This document shows positions 26,408 to 36,658 of a stretch of DNA of 64,000 nt, one piece after another. The notes under the pieces were generated by a model. That model was not told the origin of the DNA and did not search any database. It saw only the letters and a program-made list of their open reading frames with translations. Every line of letters begins with the position of its first letter. Position 1 is the first letter of the stretch. This DNA comes from Patescibacteria group bacterium (lineage in GTDB: Bacteria > Patescibacteriota > Minisyncoccia > UBA6257 > GWB1-50-10): assembly GCA_023474215.1 (NCBI GenBank), contig JAMCYI010000013.1, positions 16,168-80,167 on the forward strand, written 5' to 3'. A program made the position numbers and the translations under genes.

Positions 26408-28051
26408 ATGGCAAAACAAATATTATTCGACGAAAAAGCTCGTTCTTCAATGAAGCGGGGGATCGACAAGCTAGCCCAAGCCGTCAGGATGACATTGGGT
26501 CCCAGGGGACGCGCCGCCGTCATCGAAAAGGGGTACGGCGCACCGCAGGTGACCTTCGATGGTGTAACGGTCGCAAAAGAGATCGAATTACAGGATAAAT
26601 ACGAGAATCTTGGAGCGGAATTTTTGAAACAAGCTGCCGATAAAACCGACAATAACGTCGGCGACGGCACGACGACATCAGTTGTTCTGGCGCACGCCAT
26701 GATCGAAGAAGGCGAGCGAGCCATCATGGAAAAGGGGTTCAATGTCATTCAGCTTGCCGAAGAATTGAAGAAAAAAAGCGAAGCGATCATCAAGGCCCTG
26801 GAAAAGCAAAAAGAAGAAATCAACGACAATAAGAAAGTTCAAGAGGTTGCAACCCTTTCGGCAAAAGACCCGGAGATCGGAAAGCTCATCGCCGAAGTCA
26901 TGGCGAAAGTCGGCAAAGAAGGCGTGGTGACGGTGGAGGATTCGAACACCATCGGCAATTCATACGAAGTGGTCGAAGGCATGCAATTCGATCGCGGGTA
27001 TATTTCTCCTTATATGGTGACGAACCAGGAGCGGATGGAATCTGCCCTTGAGGAGCCTTATATCCTTGTGACCGACAAGAAAATTTCGTCGATCAACGAA
27101 CTTTTACCGCTTCTCGAAAAGATCGTTCAAAGCGGCAAGAAGGAGCTTTTGATCGTTGCCGACGACGTGGACGGTGAAGCCTTGGCGACCTTGATCTTGA
27201 ACAAGATCCGGGGCGTTTTCAGTGTGCTTGCCGTAAAGGCTCCCGGCTTCGGCGATCGGAAGAAGGAAATGCTTCAGGATATCGCGGTCGTGACGGGTGC
27301 ATCGTTCATTTCCGACGACCTTGGGAAAAAATTCGAGAATATCGAACTGGAAGAACTCGGCCATGCGCACCGCGTGGTTTCCGACAAAGACAAAACGACG
27401 ATCGTCGGCGGCATGGGCGACAAGCAGGTCATTGAAGACCGTGTGCGTCAAATCAAGGCCCAGATCAAAACGACGGATTCCGATTTTGACAAGGAAAAAT
27501 TGCAGGAACGCCTCGGAAAGCTCGCGGGCGGCGTTGCCGTCATCAAAGTCGGCGCTCCAACTGAATCAGCGCAAAAAGAATTGAAGCAGCGCGTCGAGGA
27601 TGCCGTGGGTGCGACGCGCGCAGCCATGGAAGAGGGGATCATTCCGGGCGGCGGCACGGCGCTCTTTAACGCTATTCCGTCAATAACGCTCGAGAAAGCG
27701 GAAAACTCCATTGCAGCCGCGGTTTCCGCGATTCTTTCGCGGGCGCTCCTTGCTCCAGTGACCGCGATCATCGAGAACAGCGGTGAAAACGCAAAAAGCA
27801 TTACGAACAAACTGGAGGCGAACTGGCAAAAGGAGACGAACTGGAATGGCTTTAATGCTTTTACGAACAAAATTGAAGACTTGAAAGAAGCCGGCGTCGT
27901 CGACCCCCTGAAGGTCACGAAAACAGCCTTCACGAACGCCGTCTCGGTGGCCGCCAACTATCTTACGATCGGCGCCGCCATCACCGACATTCCGGAAAAG
28001 AAAGAGGGCGGAGGAATGCCCGCTCTGGGGGATATGTCGGGAGGATACTGA
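26408..28051 (+). CDS. groEL: Chaperonin GroEL.
   Basis: AAVEEGIVPGGG and C-terminal GGM tail. Confidence 0.97.
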   Translation: MAKQILFDEKARSSMKRGIDKLAQAVRMTLGPRGRAAVIEKGYGAPQVTFDGVTVAKEIELQDKYENLGAEFLKQAADKTDNNVGDGTTTSVVLAHAMIEEGERAIMEKGFNVIQLAEELKKKSEAIIKALEKQKEEINDNKKVQEVATLSAKDPEIGKLIAEVMAKVGKEGVVTVEDSNTIGNSYEVVEGMQFDRGYISPYMVTNQERMESALEEPYILVTDKKISSINELLPLLEKIVQSGKKELLIVADDVDGEALATLILNKIRGVFSVLAVKAPGFGDRKKEMLQDIAVVTGASFISDDLGKKFENIELEELGHAHRVVSDKDKTTIVGGMGDKQVIEDRVRQIKAQIKTTDSDFDKEKLQERLGKLAGGVAVIKVGAPTESAQKELKQRVEDAVGATRAAMEEGIIPGGGTALFNAIPSITLEKAENSIAAAVSAILSRALLAPVTAIIENSGENAKSITNKLEANWQKETNWNGFNAFTNKIEDLKEAGVVDPLKVTKTAFTNAVSVAANYLTIGAAITDIPEKKEGGGMPALGDMSGGY

Positions 28052-28064
28052 GCCAAAGAACTTC

Positions 28065-28108
28065 GCCCCCCGCTCTCCTTTAAAAATTAAAGGCCTCCGG
28101 GGGGGCCT
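28065..28108. repeat. Partial copy B of the GC-rich palindromic intergenic repeat.
   Basis: gccccccgctctcc plus the inverted centre aaaggcctccgggggggcc. Confidence 0.55.
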
Positions 28109-28159
28109 TGATTCTGTGGATAAATTTCTCAGAAACCGTCCATCGCATGATGGGCGGTT

Positions 28160-29107
28160 TTGGTTTATACTCATGATATGCGACAATATCTCGATTTGCT
28201 CCGCGACGTCATGGAGCACGGTACGAAAAAAGGCGACCGGACGGGAACGGGAACCGTTTCGATATTCGGACGGCAAATCCGCTTCGATCTCAGCGAAGGT
28301 TTCCCCGCAGTGACGACAAAGAAATTATATTTGAAAGGAGTGATCCACGAGTTGCTTTGGCTCCTCATGGGAGAAACGAACATTCAATATCTCGTGAAAA
28401 ATGACGTGAAGATTTGGAACGAGTGGGCTTTTGAGGTCTATCTCGCGAAAAATAATCTGCGGGAACAGTACCCCCGCTACTCGGAAGCTTGGCAGAAAAA
28501 AATGGGGGAGTTCGTCGATCAAATAAAGACCGATGACGCGTTTGCGAAAGAGTGGGGTGAGCTCGGCCCCATTTACGGAAAACAATGGAGAAGATGGCGG
28601 GGGCCGAACGGCGAAGAAATCGACCAAATTGCGAACGTCATCGATCTTATTAAAAACGACCCGACCTCTCGAAGGATCATCGTGAGCGGCTGGAACGTAG
28701 GGGAAATCCAGGAACTGGTGCGAAACCATCACTCGGCGCCGCCGCCGTGCCACACGCTTTTCCAATTCATCGTCGTCGATGGCAAACTTTCCTGCCAATT
28801 ATACCAGCGAAGCGCCGATCTTTTCCTTGGCGTACCGTTCAATATCGCATCGTATGCGCTTCTGACGATGATGATCGCTCAAACGACCGGACTCAAGCCG
28901 GGCGAATTCATTCACACGTTCGGCGACGCGCATATCTATTTGAACCACCTCGATCAAGTGAAAGAACAACTTTCGAGAACTCCGCGCCCGCTGCCGGAAA
29001 TGAAGATCAATCCGAACGTAAAATCGATCTTCGATTTCAAATACGAGGACTTCGAACTCGTCGGGTACGACCCATATCCGGCCATCAAGGCACCTATTTC
29101 GGTATAA
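28160..29107 (+). CDS. thyA: Thymidylate synthase ThyA.
   Basis: Active-site motif PPCH...[20 protein letters not shown]. Confidence 0.95.
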   Translation: MVYTHDMRQYLDLLRDVMEHGTKKGDRTGTGTVSIFGRQIRFDLSEGFPAVTTKKLYLKGVIHELLWLLMGETNIQYLVKNDVKIWNEWAFEVYLAKNNLREQYPRYSEAWQKKMGEFVDQIKTDDAFAKEWGELGPIYGKQWRRWRGPNGEEIDQIANVIDLIKNDPTSRRIIVSGWNVGEIQELVRNHHSAPPPCHTLFQFIVVDGKLSCQLYQRSADLFLGVPFNIASYALLTMMIAQTTGLKPGEFIHTFGDAHIYLNHLDQVKEQLSRTPRPLPEMKINPNVKSIFDFKYEDFELVGYDPYPAIKAPISV

Positions 29108-29116
29108 GCGAACCTC

Positions 29117-29620
29117 ATGACCATTTCTCTCATTGCGGCGGTTGCAAAAAACGGCGTCATCGGCAACGCCGGAAAGATCCCATGGCACCTCCCCAATGAC
29201 ATGAAGCATTTTCGGGAGATCACATTGAACCATCCGGTGATCATGGGGCGGAAAACATACGAATCGATCGGAAAACCGCTCCCGGGACGGAACAACATCA
29301 TCGTCACCCGCCAAGAGGATTATGAAGCGCCGGAATGCGCGGTGGTGCATACGCTCGAAGATGCGCTCAAAGCGGCGCGGCAAGAGGGGGCCGAAGAAGC
29401 ATTCGTCATCGGCGGGTCGGAGCTTTACCGGGAGGCAATGCCCGTTGCGGACCGCCTTTATATCACGGCAATCGGCGAAAATTTCGAGGGGGACGCTCTC
29501 TTTCCCGAAATAAATTCCTTCGAGTGGAAGAAAATATCCGAAGAAAAGGGGACTGTCGACGAAAAAAATCGTCATCCTCACACTTTCCTCATATTCGAAA
29601 GGAAGGAAAAAGGAAATTGA
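29117..29620 (+). CDS. folA: Dihydrofolate reductase.
   Basis: ISLIAAVAKNGVIG...IMGRKTYES. Confidence 0.9.
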   Translation: MTISLIAAVAKNGVIGNAGKIPWHLPNDMKHFREITLNHPVIMGRKTYESIGKPLPGRNNIIVTRQEDYEAPECAVVHTLEDALKAARQEGAEEAFVIGGSELYREAMPVADRLYITAIGENFEGDALFPEINSFEWKKISEEKGTVDEKNRHPHTFLIFERKEKGN

Positions 29621-29632
29621 TTCCGGTTATAT

Positions 29633-30208
29633 TTGTGGTATGATAGAAGTATTATGACGCCATCAACCATCATCGCAATCGTCGTCGCTCTCGTCGTTTT
29701 ATGGCTTATTTTCGCCTTCAATGGCCTCGTGCGGAAGAAAAACCGCGTTCAGGAAGCATGGTCCGACATCGAAGTGCAGCTGAAACGCCGATATGATTTG
29801 ATCCCGAATCTCGTCGAGACGGTGAAGGGATATGCAACGCACGAAAGAACGGTTTTGGAAGACGTCACGAACGCACGCGTTGCTGCAATGGGAGCAGTCG
29901 ACCCGAAAGCGAAACTTCAAGCGAACGATCAGTTGTCGAATACTTTGAAATCGCTTTTTGCTGTTGCAGAAAACTATCCGAACCTCAAGGCCAACGAGAA
30001 CTTTGCGAAACTGCAGGACGAGCTGACCGACACGGAAGACAAGATCCAAGCGGCGCGGAGGTTCTATAACGCGAATGTCCGCGACTTCAATACCTCGATC
30101 CAGGTGTTCCCGACAAATTTGATCGCCGGGACGTTCCATTTCACGAAGCAAGAGCTTTTCGACGTTGACAACCCGGCAGAACGGGAACCGGTCAAGGTCC
30201 AGTTTTAG
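29633..30208 (+). CDS. lemA: LemA-family membrane protein.
   Basis: N-terminal TM and conserved LemA core (ENYPNLKAN). Confidence 0.8.
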   Translation: MWYDRSIMTPSTIIAIVVALVVLWLIFAFNGLVRKKNRVQEAWSDIEVQLKRRYDLIPNLVETVKGYATHERTVLEDVTNARVAAMGAVDPKAKLQANDQLSNTLKSLFAVAENYPNLKANENFAKLQDELTDTEDKIQAARRFYNANVRDFNTSIQVFPTNLIAGTFHFTKQELFDVDNPAEREPVKVQF

Positions 30209-30213
30209 CACCA

Positions 30214-31125
30214 ATGAAAACACTGTATACGGAAGCGTCATCCAACGTGCGGAAGACGTGGGCGCTCATGACGGGCGTCTTCGTTTTGATCATTGCTCTC
30301 GGCTGGATCTTTTCGCAGGTCTATGACTCGCCGGGCATTCTTGTCTTCGCCGTCGCTTTAAGCATTGTGCTGAACGTCACGAGCTATTGGTACTCCGACA
30401 AGATCGTTCTTGCAACAACCGGCGCGAAACAGATCCAAAAGAGCGACAATCCGGAGCTTTGGCGGATCGTCGAAAATCTCTCCATTGCTTCCGGCCTGCC
30501 GATGCCAAAGCTCTTCATTGTTCCGACCGGAGCGCCGAATGCCTTTGCGACCGGACGCGATAAAGAGCATGCATCCGTCGCCGTCACGGCCGGCCTTCTC
30601 CAGATCATGGATAAAGACGAATTGGAAGGCGTATTGGCGCATGAGCTTTCCCACGTGGGAAACAAGGATATGTTGGTTTCGACCGTCGTCGTGGTCCTCG
30701 TGGGAACGATTTCTCTTCTTGCGGATTTTTTCCTGAGGATGAGCTTTTGGGGCGGAGGGCGGAGAAACGACCGGGAAGGAAACGGCAATCTTATGTTCTT
30801 TCTGGGGATCGTGGGAGCGATCCTTGCGCCGATCGCCGCAACCTTGATCCAGCTTGCCATATCGCGAAAGCGCGAATCCTTGGCCGATGCTTCGGGAGCG
30901 CTCCTGACGCGCTATCCTGAGGGTCTCGCGAGCGCGCTCGAGAAGATAGAACAAAATCCGTCTCCGACCGCCGGCGCAAGTTCCGCAACCGCCCATCTTT
31001 ATTTCACGAATCCTTTCAAAGCGGATGCGGGGAATGAAAAGAAAACGCCGTTTTTCGTCAAACTGTTCATGACGCACCCTCCGATCGAGGAACGGATCAA
31101 AAAATTAAGGGCAATGTCTTTATGA
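30214..31125 (+). CDS. htpX: Zinc metalloprotease HtpX (M48).
   Basis: HELSHV motif and TM segments. Confidence 0.85.
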   Translation: MKTLYTEASSNVRKTWALMTGVFVLIIALGWIFSQVYDSPGILVFAVALSIVLNVTSYWYSDKIVLATTGAKQIQKSDNPELWRIVENLSIASGLPMPKLFIVPTGAPNAFATGRDKEHASVAVTAGLLQIMDKDELEGVLAHELSHVGNKDMLVSTVVVVLVGTISLLADFFLRMSFWGGGRRNDREGNGNLMFFLGIVGAILAPIAATLIQLAISRKRESLADASGALLTRYPEGLASALEKIEQNPSPTAGASSATAHLYFTNPFKADAGNEKKTPFFVKLFMTHPPIEERIKKLRAMSL

Positions 31126-31814
31126 AATATCAATTCGGCAAAATCGTGGTCATTTCGCTCGGCGGATCGATCGTCTATCCAAAAGACATCGATCTTCTTT
31201 TTTTGAAGGATTTCAAAAAACTCATCGAACGGGAGATCAGAAAAGGGAGGAAATTCGTCGTCGTGATCGGCGGCGGACACTTGGCCCGCATCTTCCAGCA
31301 GGCGGCGGAGCACATGGGTCAAGTCACCGACGAAGACAAAGACTGGATCGGCATCCATGCAACGCGCTTGAACGCACAGCTCCTTCGGACCGTTTTTAAG
31401 AAAATTGCCGACCCGATCGTTTTCGATCAGCGGAAGAAAATAACGAAGCTCACGCATCCGGTGACCATTGCTTCCGGCTGGCGACCCGGCTGGTCGACGG
31501 ATTTCGTGGCTGCGGCGATCGCAAAAGATTTGGGCGTCGGTGAATACCTGGAGGTAGGGAAGCCCGATCACGTTTACGACAAGGATCCCTCCGTTTACCG
31601 GGACGCAAAGCCATTCGAAATCATCAGTTGGGAAGATTATCGGCGACTCATTCCGCGGAAATGGGTCCCCGGGTCCCATTCTCCGGTCGACCCCATTGCT
31701 GCCAAACTTTCGAGCAATGCGGGGATACGATCGATCGTCCTCGACGGGAGGGATCTGAAAAATTTTCAAAATCTCCTCGGAGGAAGGGATTTCAGGGGAA
31801 CGATCATTCAATGA
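31122..31814 (+). CDS. pyrH: Archaeal-type UMP kinase (amino-acid-kinase family).
   Basis: ISLGGS...VVVIGGGHLAR...IHATRLNAQLL...IVLDG closely parallels archaeal UMP kinases. Confidence 0.6.
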   Translation: MKYQFGKIVVISLGGSIVYPKDIDLLFLKDFKKLIEREIRKGRKFVVVIGGGHLARIFQQAAEHMGQVTDEDKDWIGIHATRLNAQLLRTVFKKIADPIVFDQRKKITKLTHPVTIASGWRPGWSTDFVAAAIAKDLGVGEYLEVGKPDHVYDKDPSVYRDAKPFEIISWEDYRRLIPRKWVPGSHSPVDPIAAKLSSNAGIRSIVLDGRDLKNFQNLLGGRDFRGTIIQ

Positions 31815-32200
31815 ACCAAACGGACCGCCACATACAAATCGTCCTTGTTCTCCTCGTCCTTGTTCTCCTCGTCCTCGTGATGACCTTCATCAAGGAATAT
31901 GAAGGCGTGAAAAAACTCGAAACGCTGGGTCCGCACGACGTTTTCACGAATATTTTGAATCACCGCGGCCCCTTTACCGCGAACGACGTTCAGCTTATCC
32001 AGGGCTGGATGACGTTCGATTATGTGAATAAGATATTCGGACTTCCGTCGAACGAGCTTGAAATGAGCCTCAATATAACCGACGTTTCGTATCCGCGGGA
32101 AACGCTCGCGAGGTATGCCGAACGGCATCGCGTGAACACCGCCGCATTTGTCGATGAAGTTCAAAACGCAGTTCGCGGATTTTTAACCAAGACACAATAG
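31811..32200 (+). CDS. Membrane-anchored hypothetical protein; the TM helix is encoded by a 15-bp tandem duplication.
   Basis: ATGA overlap with the upstream gene. VLVLLVLVLLVLV segment. Confidence 0.4.
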   Translation: MNQTDRHIQIVLVLLVLVLLVLVMTFIKEYEGVKKLETLGPHDVFTNILNHRGPFTANDVQLIQGWMTFDYVNKIFGLPSNELEMSLNITDVSYPRETLARYAERHRVNTAAFVDEVQNAVRGFLTKTQ

Positions 32201-32201
32201 A

Positions 32202-32816
32202 ATGACGTCCATCGTGAGTTTCCTCCTTTCCTCCCTTTTACTGTACAAATATGCCGCGCTCTTTGTTATCAGCTTCTTGGCGGCCATTATCGTGCCGCTT
32301 CCCGTTACCGAAGTCATGCTTGGCATCGGCGCCTTTGTCGGCCAAGGCTATTTTAACTTTTGGGGTTCACTTGCGGCTGCGCACATCGCAAACGTCCTCG
32401 GCGATCTAGCCGACTACGCTTTTGCCAGACGATACGGCAGCGGCATCGTTCATAAGGTCAGGCTTGATCGATCCCGCTTTTTTGCCAAGATCGAGCAGGA
32501 AATGCAAACCCACGCGCGGTCGACGATCTTTATAACCCGCTTTGCCGGGGAATTGGGACCGCTCGTCAATTTCCTTTCAGGTGCCGCTGGCATACCGATC
32601 AAAAAATTCCTTATCTTCGATTTCGCCGGCAATCTCGCATACTATGTCGGCATTCTCTTGATCGGTCTTTGGGCCGGGAATTACTGGGAAAATTTCTCGG
32701 AACTTATGAGCCTCCTTATCAGCATCTTCGTGGTCCTTATCATCATAAAATGGCTTTGGCATATCTATCGGAGATTCAGAAACAACCGCAAGGAACGAAA
32801 GAAGGCTGCTCTTTAA
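32202..32816 (+). CDS. DedA/SNARE-associated family membrane protein.
   Basis: DedA core motifs and TM helices. Confidence 0.65.
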   Translation: MTSIVSFLLSSLLLYKYAALFVISFLAAIIVPLPVTEVMLGIGAFVGQGYFNFWGSLAAAHIANVLGDLADYAFARRYGSGIVHKVRLDRSRFFAKIEQEMQTHARSTIFITRFAGELGPLVNFLSGAAGIPIKKFLIFDFAGNLAYYVGILLIGLWAGNYWENFSELMSLLISIFVVLIIIKWLWHIYRRFRNNRKERKKAAL

Positions 32817-33637
32817 TCACAAGGATGATCGTCGGCAAGCTCGAGGATGACGGGATCGTGATCCGAAAGAGGGGGTTTCAAATATTCCGGTTCGTAGCGG
32901 ACAACCTGAAGGCCGACGGCGTCCGTATTTTTGACGAACACATAGTCGTATCGCTTGGGAAATCGAATCCGGTTCAGCCAGTTATCCACATAGCGATTGT
33001 CCGGACGGTAGGTCGGCTCGGAATCGGATTTGCGCCCGCAAACGGAAGGAACGAGGAATCCCGTGAGCTTGAAGAGTTCGGCAAACTCATGCTCCCGGAT
33101 CATATAATTTTCGTTGAAATCTCCGGCAATGATCGTGGGCAGCTGATCATGGTTGGTTCGCCGGAGCATGTTTGCCGTTTGACGCAATCGTATCTTCCGG
33201 CTGAAGAAGAGCGTTTCTTGGTGCATATGGGTGTTCACCACTTTGAGATTTCCGCGGGGAGTTTTACAAATCACCTCGAGAAACCCCTTTCGCCCGAGTG
33301 CTTCCGTTATCGCCGAATTCAAGAATCGATTATAAGGGACGAAGCGGCTGTAAAGAATGGGGAATTTCGAAAGAATGACGAGCCCTCCCGTAACATCGAA
33401 AAGCTTGAAAAATAAAATGCGGCGATGATCTTTGGTGTTGCCGGCAATATGATATCGGTCCTTCAATGCATCGCAGAGAAACGCGCGATGGTAAATGTCG
33501 AATGATTCTTGAAGGCAAATGACGTCGGCGTCGGAATTTTTGAGATACTGCACAATGCCGGCAATCCTTTTCTTTCGGTCCTTGATGAACCAAAACGGCA
33601 GATCCCAAATATTGAAGGTGATCACTTTCATGCGCAT
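32813..33637 (-). CDS. Endonuclease/exonuclease/phosphatase (EEP) family protein.
   Basis: VITFNIWDLPFW...VICLQE N-terminal motifs. Confidence 0.65.
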   Translation of the reverse strand: MRMKVITFNIWDLPFWFIKDRKKRIAGIVQYLKNSDADVICLQESFDIYHRAFLCDALKDRYHIAGNTKDHRRILFFKLFDVTGGLVILSKFPILYSRFVPYNRFLNSAITEALGRKGFLEVICKTPRGNLKVVNTHMHQETLFFSRKIRLRQTANMLRRTNHDQLPTIIAGDFNENYMIREHEFAELFKLTGFLVPSVCGRKSDSEPTYRPDNRYVDNWLNRIRFPKRYDYVFVKNTDAVGLQVVRYEPEYLKPPLSDHDPVILELADDHPCD

Positions 33638-33706
33638 GTCACTTTATGGTAGGGGATGGATATGGTTGAGTCAATCCATTTCCGATGATACAATACATCT
33701 CGCGAT

Positions 33707-33794
33707 GGAGGGGTCGCATAGTGGCCTAGTGCGCACGCTTGGAAAGCGTGTATACCGCAAGGTATCGAGGGTTCGAATCCCTCCCCCTCCGCCA
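33707..33794 (+). tRNA. tRNA-Ser(GGA) with encoded CCA.
   Basis: Acceptor GGAGGGG / CCCCTCC, anticodon loop TTGGAAA, long variable arm, T-arm GGTTCGAATCC. Confidence 0.85.
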
Positions 33795-33834
33795 ATGCAA
33801 AGCAGTATGCCTTTATGGTATGCTGCTTTGCATT
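33795..33834 (+). other. 12-bp perfect hairpin immediately 3' of tRNA-Ser, with no T-tract.
   Basis: aatgcaaagcag / ctgctttgcatt. Confidence 0.3.
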
Positions 33835-33935
33835 AATGGGAGAGATTCGAACGGAACTTTCGCGCCTGCGGGGTAGGATGAAGCGAAAGTCCGTGGCTTC
33901 GGAGGAGTAATTTCCGTGAAATTGCGGGGGAGAAG

Positions 33936-33953
33936 GAATCCCTCCCCCTCCGC
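33936..33953 (+). repeat. 18-nt direct duplicate of the tRNA-Ser 3' end (identical to 33775-33792); att-like scar.
   Basis: gaatccctccccctccgc, identical in both copies. Confidence 0.6.
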
Positions 33954-33958
33954 AAAAT

Positions 33959-33986
33959 AACAGCGCGTCAGCGCTGTTTCATTTTG
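33959..33986 (+). terminator. Rho-independent terminator: aacagcgc-gtca-gcgctgtt followed by tcattttg.
   Basis: 8-bp perfect stem plus T-tract. Confidence 0.6.
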
Positions 33987-34033
33987 CGAGGGGGGAGCAA
34001 GACAAATCACAAAAATTGTGATACATTGACGAT

Positions 34034-35002
34034 ATGAGTACAAAAAAGAACATTGCCGCCGTTATTGTTCTCGTCCTCGTCGCGATCGGCGTTGGTTATG
34101 CGCTCGCACATCCGCACAATCAGCCGAGTTCGTCAACGCAATCATCCTCGACAACTGAGATGTCTGTCGGCCAGCCCATCGCAACGGCTTCGTATGTTTG
34201 CGACGGGGGAAAGACGATCGATGCGAAGTTCTATCAAGGGCAGACAAAGCCGCCCGCGGGACCGAATGAACCCCCGACGCCGGGCGGAAGCGCGGAGATT
34301 TCCCTGAGCGACGGTCGAACGATGACGCTCCAGCAAACGCTTTCGGCAGACGGTGCCCGATATTCCAACGGGAATCCCATGATCCAAGGCAACGAAACTT
34401 TCGTCTTTTGGAGCAAGGGGAATGGCGCCTTCGTTCTCGAGAACGGCCAGCAGCAAACCTATAGCGGCTGCATCGCGGTTGTTCCGGATCCGGGCAATTT
34501 GCCGCAGGTGTACGAGAGCGGTTCGAACGGCTTCTCGATCAGATATCCGGCGGGATACACCGTGAATCCGAATTTCCAATATCAGGAACTGGGACCGGGC
34601 AAGGGAATTTCCGGAGTATCGTTCACGATACCGACGTCAACCGCCGCGGGGACCAACCTCGCTCCGGATTCGTACGTGAGCGTCGAGGAAATCCCGCAGG
34701 CACAAGCATGCAGCGCGGACCTTTTTCTCCCGCCGAATTCGATGAGCGGAGTACTCGGCGTCACGACCACAACGGAGAATGGGGTAACATATTCGGTTGC
34801 TTCATCAACGGGTGCCGGCGCGGGTAACCGATATGAAGAGGTCGCCTATGCGATTCCGGGAACCAATCCTTGCATCGCCGTGCATTACTTCATCCACTAC
34901 GGAGTGATTGAAAACTATCCGGCGGGGGCAGTGAAAGCCTTCGACCGACAATCGATCCTCGACCAGTTTGACGCGATCCGCAAAACGCTGACGATCCAAT
35001 AA
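34034..35002 (+). CDS. Secreted or lipoprotein-like protein with an MliC-like domain (membrane-bound lysozyme inhibitor of C-type lysozyme) plus a C-terminal domain.
   Basis: Signal/TM segment. YVCDGG...ISLSDGRTMTLQQTLSADGARY...GNGAFVLE pattern. Confidence 0.45.
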   Translation: MSTKKNIAAVIVLVLVAIGVGYALAHPHNQPSSSTQSSSTTEMSVGQPIATASYVCDGGKTIDAKFYQGQTKPPAGPNEPPTPGGSAEISLSDGRTMTLQQTLSADGARYSNGNPMIQGNETFVFWSKGNGAFVLENGQQQTYSGCIAVVPDPGNLPQVYESGSNGFSIRYPAGYTVNPNFQYQELGPGKGISGVSFTIPTSTAAGTNLAPDSYVSVEEIPQAQACSADLFLPPNSMSGVLGVTTTTENGVTYSVASSTGAGAGNRYEEVAYAIPGTNPCIAVHYFIHYGVIENYPAGAVKAFDRQSILDQFDAIRKTLTIQ

Positions 35003-35015
35003 CATCTTTCAAACC

Positions 35016-35810
35016 GTGGATATCATTACGGTAAAAAACCTCGTCAAAAAGTTCGGCGATCTTATCGCCGTGAACGACATTTCCTTCTCCGTGAAAAGAG
35101 GGGAGATTTTCGCGTTCCTGGGACCGAACGGAGCCGGAAAATCGACGACCATCAAAATGCTGACGACGATCCTCTCGCCCACGAGCGGAGAAATCCTTCT
35201 CGACGGCCACAACCCGACGCATGATGCGCTTCAAGCCCGCAAATCGTTCGGCATCGTTTTCCAAGATCCAAGCTTGGACGACGAACTCACGGCATACGAG
35301 AACATAGAATTTCACGGCGTTCTCTATGGCGTGCCGCGGGAAACGGGAAAAGAGCGGGCCGAGCAACTTTTAAAAATCGTTGAGTTGTGGGATCGAAAGG
35401 ATGAACTGGTCAAAAATTTCTCCGGTGGCATGAAGCGACGGCTCGAAATCGCGCGGGGACTCCTCCATCATCCGAAGATCTTATTCCTCGATGAACCGAC
35501 GCAAGGGTTGGATCCGCAAACCAGGAACCATATCTGGAGCTATATCCAAAATTTGAACAAAGAGGAGGAGATAACCATTTTCTTTACCACCCACTATATG
35601 GAAGAAGCGGAAAAAGTCGCCGGCCGCGTCGACGTGATCGATCACGGGCATATCGTCGCCGAAGGGACGCCGGAGGAATTGAAAAAGAAAACAAACGCAT
35701 CCTCTTTGGAAGAAGCGTTCCTATCGCTCACCGGGCACGACATTCGGGATGAAAGCGCGTCGGGTTCTGACCATATGCGGACGATGGGCCGTGCATGGGG
35801 GAGACATTAA
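35016..35810 (+). CDS. ABC transporter ATP-binding protein.
   Basis: Walker A GPNGAGKST, signature FSGGMKRRLEIA, Walker B LFLDEPT. Confidence 0.9.
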   Translation: MDIITVKNLVKKFGDLIAVNDISFSVKRGEIFAFLGPNGAGKSTTIKMLTTILSPTSGEILLDGHNPTHDALQARKSFGIVFQDPSLDDELTAYENIEFHGVLYGVPRETGKERAEQLLKIVELWDRKDELVKNFSGGMKRRLEIARGLLHHPKILFLDEPTQGLDPQTRNHIWSYIQNLNKEEEITIFFTTHYMEEAEKVAGRVDVIDHGHIVAEGTPEELKKKTNASSLEEAFLSLTGHDIRDESASGSDHMRTMGRAWGRH

Positions 35811-35817
35811 GACAAAT

Positions 35818-36570
35818 ATGCGGGCAATTTACATCATTTGGCTCCGACAATTGAAGCGGTATCTGCGTTCCAAATCGAGGATCGTCGGTTCTCTCGGTCA
35901 GCCGCTTTTATTCCTCGTCGCGCTCGGCTTCGGCCTGGGACCAATTTTCCAGAAAGCCGGCGGCGGCAACTATCTGGATTTCCTCGCACCGGGCGTCATT
36001 GCCATGGGCATCCTCTTTACAGCGCTCTTCTCGGGGGTTGAAATCATCTGGGACCGGCAGTTCGGCTTCCTGAAGGAAACGCTCGTTGCTCCGGTGTCGC
36101 GTTTGAAAATCATGATCGGGCGGACCTTGGGTGGCGCAACCGTCGCCATGATTCAAGGGGTGGTCGTCTTCATTTTGGCGTTCCTCGTGGGCTTCAGACC
36201 GGGGTATCTCACGTTCGGCACGTTTCTCCTGGCACTCATTTTTATGTTCCTCATCGCGGTACTCTTCACGGCCCTTGGCACAGCAATTGCCTCCCAGCTG
36301 GATGATATGCAGGGGTTCCAGCTTATCATGAACTTCGTCGTTATGCCGCTCTTTTTCCTTTCCGGAGCTCTTTTTCCCACGGAAGGCCTGCCGAGCGGGA
36401 TCGCACTCATCGTGAAGATCGACCCCTTGTCCTACGGAGTCGATGGCCTGCGGCACGCCTTGACAGGCATCGCAAGTTTCGGCTTCGGAACGGACCTTGC
36501 GGTCCTTGCCGGCATAACCGCCCTCCTCGTCGTTTTGGGGAGTTATCTTTTCTCAAAGATACAGATATAG
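35818..36570 (+). CDS. ABC-2 family permease.
   Basis: Six TM helices. The internal ATG is preferred, placed after the ATPase stop. Confidence 0.75.
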   Translation: MRAIYIIWLRQLKRYLRSKSRIVGSLGQPLLFLVALGFGLGPIFQKAGGGNYLDFLAPGVIAMGILFTALFSGVEIIWDRQFGFLKETLVAPVSRLKIMIGRTLGGATVAMIQGVVVFILAFLVGFRPGYLTFGTFLLALIFMFLIAVLFTALGTAIASQLDDMQGFQLIMNFVVMPLFFLSGALFPTEGLPSGIALIVKIDPLSYGVDGLRHALTGIASFGFGTDLAVLAGITALLVVLGSYLFSKIQI

Positions 36571-36658
36571 AAACGCCAAAGAGGAGGGGTGGGGATAAAA
36601 AAGTTGTAAAAAAAGGGATTTTACGTTAAAATATCTCCGGTTTTGCTTTTGACCACTT

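Noticed and set aside
32669-33415. 248-aa + strand ORF.
   Set aside because: It is antisense to the EEP-family gene (32813-33637, -), which has a clear N-terminal catalytic motif.
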